Source: an uncultured Chloroflexia bacterium (GTDB lineage: Bacteria > Chloroflexota > Ktedonobacteria > Ktedonobacterales > JADMIN01). From it: 64,000 bases of DNA. Made by a program: the position numbers and the translations under genes. The DNA lies in the NCBI GenBank assembly GCA_963718915.1, contig CAVRAI010000015.1:167812-231811 (forward strand), written 5' to 3'. The notes below the pieces were generated by a model. It saw nothing but the letters and a program-made list of their open reading frames with translations, searched no databases and was not told where the DNA came from. Positions 60,197 to 64,000 of the stretch are shown in pieces (position 1 is the stretch's first letter; the number at the start of each line of letters is the position of its first letter).

Positions 60197-60271
60197 CGAA
60201 AAGAACAAAAGATGGTCTGTGATGCTCCATAGCGGGGCGTGTTTTGGGGTACTGGGTAAGGCAGGATTGTC

Positions 60272-60848
60272 ATGCTGAATCGTCAACGCGATAGTCATGG
60301 GCCAAATGTAGGCTGGCTGTTTGCCGATCTGCTTCTTGCGCTGGCGGTGATCTTTCTGGTCGCCAACGCCTCTGGCTCTATCGCTAAATCTGTCAGGCCC
60401 ATCATGACGCCCACCCCGACGTTGGCGCCAACGCCTGTGCCGCCGCCGCCGCCATCGACCAAGAACTATTTCGCATTTCCCATCAAGTTTGATGACTTTG
60501 CTCTGGAGAGTGGAGACGGTAGCACGGCTACAGCATCGTACGCGACCAGATTGAAGCCCGACTGACAGAGAAGGGCTATGCAATTCGTGTGGAGCCGTGC
60601 TGGTGCTTGTCTTTGGTGGCACCCCTTCACTGGATGATCGCTATGCGACAAATCGTGCGACAAACGCCGCTGATGCCGTCATCAACCAGTTGAAAGCGGA
60701 GGGCAGTCAGGGTTTTGTCTTCACCAAGGCACAATACCATTCGCCGTTCCTCTTCAAAAGCCAGTTTGGCATGGTGCAAGATTCAGGTCTACTTTTTCAA
60801 CACCTCCAAACAGTGCGAGCCGTAGCCTGTGATACGAAATACGTTTAG
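60272..60848 (+). pseudogene. MotB/OmpA-like membrane protein (tentative), frame-disrupted
   Basis: N-terminal GWLFADLLLALAVIFLV resembles the MotB TM plug region, followed by a Pro-rich linker. Continuation ...QIEARLTEKGYAI... (frame 1) and VLVFGGTPSLDDRYATNRATNAADAVINQL (frame 0) needs shifts near 60540 and 60595. Possible third shift near 60780. Confidence 0.35.
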
Positions 60849-60866
60849 CATGTTGTCGTTGGGCGC

Positions 60867-61004
60867 CTGTCTGTAGCGTAAACGCTACGGCGCGCGCACC
60901 AAACCGCAACAACCCAGACGGACTTGGTGTGAGCGGAGAGGCTACAGCGAATTTCCCGTCTGCATCATTTGCCCATTCGCCGTAGCATTTACGCTTCGGC
61001 CTGC
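60867..61004. repeat. Inverted pair of R2 hairpin modules
   Basis: Forward module at 60867-60897, ctgtagcgtaaacgctacgg. Inverted module at 60972-61004, cccattcgccgtagcatttacgcttcggcctgc. gcgaatttccc at 60947-60957. Confidence 0.7.
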
Positions 61005-61009
61005 TCCCC

Positions 61010-62698
61010 TTACTCAAGCGTCACATCAGTGCGGACGACCCCGGCGCGGTCGTGGCGGGCGATCAGCTTCACCACGCCGCCCCGAGGCGCGCGCACGACC
61101 CACTCGGCGCTGGCGCGGTCGGTCGTCGGGTCGCCCACATCCCAACCAAAGGGCGACGACGGCTTGTAGGCGCGCCCCTCCACCTGGCCGAGCACCAGCC
61201 GTGTGTGGCCCGATGCCAGCGACGCGCCCTCCGGCAGCTCGATCTCGCAGACCACGCCACGCACCAGCTTATTGTCCAGCGCGCTCTTCATCACATAGGT
61301 GGGCAGCCAGCCGCTATTCTGCACCGCCAGCCGCACGCGATACGCTCCATCGCCCAGCGGCGCCGCGCTCGCCTCGAAAAGCTCAAGGCGTGGCGAGATG
61401 AGCAATTGCCAGACCAGCCAGCGCGGGAACTTCGCCAGCTCGCGTTCGAGGAACTGCGACGGCGGATTCGAGAAAGCGTAGAACTCATTCCAGCCGCCCA
61501 GTTCCACCGGGCCAAGTTGCGGATGCTCGAAGGGATACCAGTCGATGTAGCCTTTGCCTTCCAGCGCCTCATCGCTCCACTTCAGCAGCTTCTGGTCGTC
61601 CTCCAGCGGATGCTCGCGGAACCAGTCGATATATTTGTAGTCGGTGATGCCGGCCTCACGCTGCGGACTCCATATCTCCACCGTCCAGGCGAAGACGCCC
61701 AGGTGCGCGACCATCCAGTCGTCGAGCGCGCCGGTAATGACCGATTTGGGATGGTACTTGAAGTCGTGAAAGACGGAGATGTTGGGGTAGCCGCTGATCT
61801 CTGTGCCTTTCGCGCCAATCTTCTGATACGTCCAGAGATCCTCGGCGGAGAAGTTCTCGTCGCTCTGGTGGCTGAAGGGCCGGAGTAGCACCCCGGCAAA
61901 CGTGTGAAACGCAACGCCGCCCGTGATGTTGGGATGCTCGGCGATGAAGTGTACCAGCGCGCGTACCTCTGGCTCCGACGTCGGATAGGCGCCCGCGCCC
62001 CGCTGCTCATGCTCCTGCCGCCAGAGCGCTGGAAAGTTGCGGTTGAGGTCCAGACCCTCCTTCGGCGGCTGAATCGTAATCTCCACGCCGTCAAAGTCGC
62101 GCAGTTGACCCTCTGGCAGCACCCGGTAATACTGCCCGCCCGTCTCATCTGGCTCGCGGCGCACCAGCAGGCGCGGCTCATCTGGGCAGACCTTCCAGGC
62201 GCCATTGGGGTCGGGGATGCGCATGGCCAGGATACGGCCATCGCCGTCAATATCTTCGGTCAGCAGGCCGTGCGTGTGCTCCTCATCGTAGGGATAGGCG
62301 CGCGTGCTAGAGCGGATGAACTTTGGCATATCGGCCAGCGCCCACTCCGCGCCATCGGGATTGACGCGCGGGCAGACGTAGAAGACGCGCGTATCGAGGC
62401 AGCGGGTAATATCGTCGTCGTTGCCATAGCCGCTGGCCAGCGTGTTGAGCAGATAGAGACACGCGCTCGAGGGCGAGACCTCGGTCGCGTGGATGTTGCC
62501 GTCCACCCAGAGCGCGGGTTTCTCGCTAGCCTCGCCCGTGGCGAAGTTCGTCACCGCCACAACCCAGATATCGCGGCCCTCGTGGCTCTTGCCGATACTC
62601 TCAACCCGCATCAACTGGGGATTCTCTTCGGCGAACGCCTGAACCAGCCGCGTCAGGTCGTCGTAGCGATAGAACCGGTCGAATCGTATCTCAGGCAT
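61010..62698 (-). CDS. M14-family zinc carboxypeptidase
   Basis: IGKSHEGRDIWVV, WVDGNIHATE (HxxE zinc site), FHTFAGVLL. Start 62698 or 62710. Confidence 0.85.
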   Translation of the reverse strand: MPEIRFDRFYRYDDLTRLVQAFAEENPQLMRVESIGKSHEGRDIWVVAVTNFATGEASEKPALWVDGNIHATEVSPSSACLYLLNTLASGYGNDDDITRCLDTRVFYVCPRVNPDGAEWALADMPKFIRSSTRAYPYDEEHTHGLLTEDIDGDGRILAMRIPDPNGAWKVCPDEPRLLVRREPDETGGQYYRVLPEGQLRDFDGVEITIQPPKEGLDLNRNFPALWRQEHEQRGAGAYPTSEPEVRALVHFIAEHPNITGGVAFHTFAGVLLRPFSHQSDENFSAEDLWTYQKIGAKGTEISGYPNISVFHDFKYHPKSVITGALDDWMVAHLGVFAWTVEIWSPQREAGITDYKYIDWFREHPLEDDQKLLKWSDEALEGKGYIDWYPFEHPQLGPVELGGWNEFYAFSNPPSQFLERELAKFPRWLVWQLLISPRLELFEASAAPLGDGAYRVRLAVQNSGWLPTYVMKSALDNKLVRGVVCEIELPEGASLASGHTRLVLGQVEGRAYKPSSPFGWDVGDPTTDRASAEWVVRAPRGGVVKLIARHDRAGVVRTDVTLE

Positions 62699-63413
62699 CT
62701 TGTTCTCCATCGTCCACTGGCTGCGCCGCTGACTCAGCCTGCTCAACGTTATCGGTAACTGCCACGCCGTCCGGAATCTCTGGAATCTTCGGCGGTGTCT
62801 CCTGTTCGCTTGCTGTCTCCGCCCTCTTGGGGATGGCGACGGTTGGAGGCGTCTCGCCGCTTATCTCAGCTACCTCCAGGGCGGCTCGTAGCGCGGGGTA
62901 GCAGGCGCGAGTGACCTCTGGCAGCGTGTAATCGCCCAGCGCGACCGCAACCAGCAGGCGGGCCGTCTCACCACGCGCCAGTTCATAGTGCTCGTCGGTG
63001 ATCGCGCCAATCGCGTGCGCGGCCTCCAGTTCCTCCTGGTCGAGCAGCAGGGGCGTACCCTCTGGAATCCAGGCGATGTCGAGATAGAGATCGTCGTACC
63101 AGGGAATGCCATCCTCACCGATGCCCTGCTCGGCCACCAGATCGATATACTCCTGCACGGGCTGGCCATCGGCGTCGAACATGGTCGTGTGGGTATAGTT
63201 CGCGCCTTCGGGGAAGAGTTGCAGCCACGCATAGCCCGCGTCGGCGATGCAGATGCGCTGCTCGTGATGCATCACCCAGAGCGGCTCGGCAACCTCCAGC
63301 ATCAGCAGCAGCGTCGCGTAGCCGTTCACTCGACCGTCGGCAATGCGCTGGCAGATGAAGCGCTGTGCCCGCAGACGTGGCCATCCGGGCCGGTCGGCGC
63401 GCTTATACGTCAT
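62691..63413 (-). CDS. DUF402-domain protein (FomD/nucleoside-diphosphatase-like fold)
   Basis: WYDDLYLDIAWIPEGTPLLLDQEELEAA is typical of DUF402. Overlaps the carboxypeptidase start by 8 nt. Confidence 0.65.
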   Translation of the reverse strand: MTYKRADRPGWPRLRAQRFICQRIADGRVNGYATLLLMLEVAEPLWVMHHEQRICIADAGYAWLQLFPEGANYTHTTMFDADGQPVQEYIDLVAEQGIGEDGIPWYDDLYLDIAWIPEGTPLLLDQEELEAAHAIGAITDEHYELARGETARLLVAVALGDYTLPEVTRACYPALRAALEVAEISGETPPTVAIPKRAETASEQETPPKIPEIPDGVAVTDNVEQAESAAQPVDDGEQDA

Positions 63414-63465
63414 GGTTGGGTCCGTTCTTGAGCCTGGGGATTGCCATCCTCTTTATCTATTCAGA

Positions 63466-64000
63466 CTATACGGTACGCAGTCGCCCCCCAGCCGCCCGGC
63501 GCAGACGATCCTCGATGGCCAGGCCCAGCCCCCGTCTGCCGAAGCTATGCGCCAGCAACAGGTCCAGTCCGGCGGCATCCAGCTCGCGCAGGGCCGCATA
63601 GAGTCGGCGCGAGATCGCCGCGAGATCATCCATCGGGCCAAGCCGGGCGACGCGCACGCCAACGCCTTCCAGTGTAGCGGCTTCCTCGTCGGCTGCCAAC
63701 GCCCCCACCCGTTCGCCCCGCGCCAGTCCCTCGGCGGCCAGCGCAAGCATGGCGGCGAGCGCCTCCGCGCCAGTGGCGTCGAAGACGATCAGCCAGGTGT
63801 GTGGGGCGTAGTGGCGCGCCATCTGTCCCGGCGCATGGGCTGGCTCGGTGTTTTCATCGTCCTGACGACCTGATGGCGCAATTTGTGCGGATTCTAGCGC
63901 GTAGAGATCCGGCAGGATAGTGTGTAAGGCTTCCAGTGTGACGCCGCCGGGCCGTAACAGGCGCGGTGGGCTGGTGGTGAGGTCGACGACCGTGGACTCG
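63466..64000 (-). CDS. sua5: L-threonylcarbamoyladenylate synthase (Sua5/TsaC), 3' portion only; the gene continues beyond the window
   Basis: ESTVVDLTTSPPRLLRPGGVTLEAL (YrdC-domain end) followed by a Sua5 C-terminal domain. In frame with tracked ORF 63466..63822. Confidence 0.8.
   Translation of the reverse strand, partial: ESTVVDLTTSPPRLLRPGGVTLEALHTILPDLYALESAQIAPSGRQDDENTEPAHAPGQMARHYAPHTWLIVFDATGAEALAAMLALAAEGLARGERVGALAADEEAATLEGVGVRVARLGPMDDLAAISRRLYAALRELDAAGLDLLLAHSFGRRGLGLAIEDRLRRAAGGRLRTV

Noticed and set aside
61052-62758. Two plus-strand ORFs (278 and 284 aa)
   Set aside because: Both are antisense to the M14 carboxypeptidase, whose zinc-site motifs are unambiguous.

Overview
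64 kb of high-G+C bacterial chromosome. Most genes look about 65% G+C from a few hand counts; nothing was computed genome-wide. Gene content and repeat style suggest a Chloroflexota/Ktedonobacteria-like or actinobacterial organism, but this is low-confidence inference.

Backbone genes: trmD, a 7Fe ferredoxin, ppa, panC, a cyclophilin, tRNA-Val(GAC) and a Sua5 fragment. Signalling genes are abundant: one HK/OmpR pair, two giant STAND-type regulators and two orphan receivers.

Notable blocks:
1. 21.2-34.9 kb: an atu/liu-like acyl-CoA carboxylase catabolic cluster (MerR regulator, SDR, carboxyltransferase, acyl-CoA dehydrogenase, AtuA-like pair, enoyl-CoA hydratase, biotin carboxylase, acyl-CoA ligase). 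It is interrupted by a lower-GC DinD-like gene.
2. 13.7-16.9 kb: a lower-GC islet carrying an Mrr-like nuclease, a ParA-like ATPase and small ORFs, followed by decayed sequence.
3. 40.6-42.0 kb: tRNA-Val followed by a roughly 43% GC orphan gene with an internal duplication.
4. 46.2-50.7 kb: a MalT/LuxR STAND regulator divergent from a TIR-TPR protein.
5. 52.3-60.8 kb: the best candidate for an uncharacterised system. One co-directional locus encodes a 2-TM coiled-coil protein, three vWA (TerY-like) paralogues, a coiled-coil PP2C phosphatase, a Ser/Thr kinase with a Cys-cluster and FHA-like tail, two further membrane or disordered proteins, and a MotB-like protein.
6. A modular family of hairpin-forming intergenic repeats at eight or more loci, with compensatory stem substitutions between copies.

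The PP2C, kinase and MotB-like genes each need several frame changes to be read, whereas nearly all other genes in the window are intact. Three other apparent single frameshifts exist: DJ-1/PfpI, a second PP2C-like gene, and possibly the small ORFs after parA. No CRISPR array, rRNA or intact transposase was seen.
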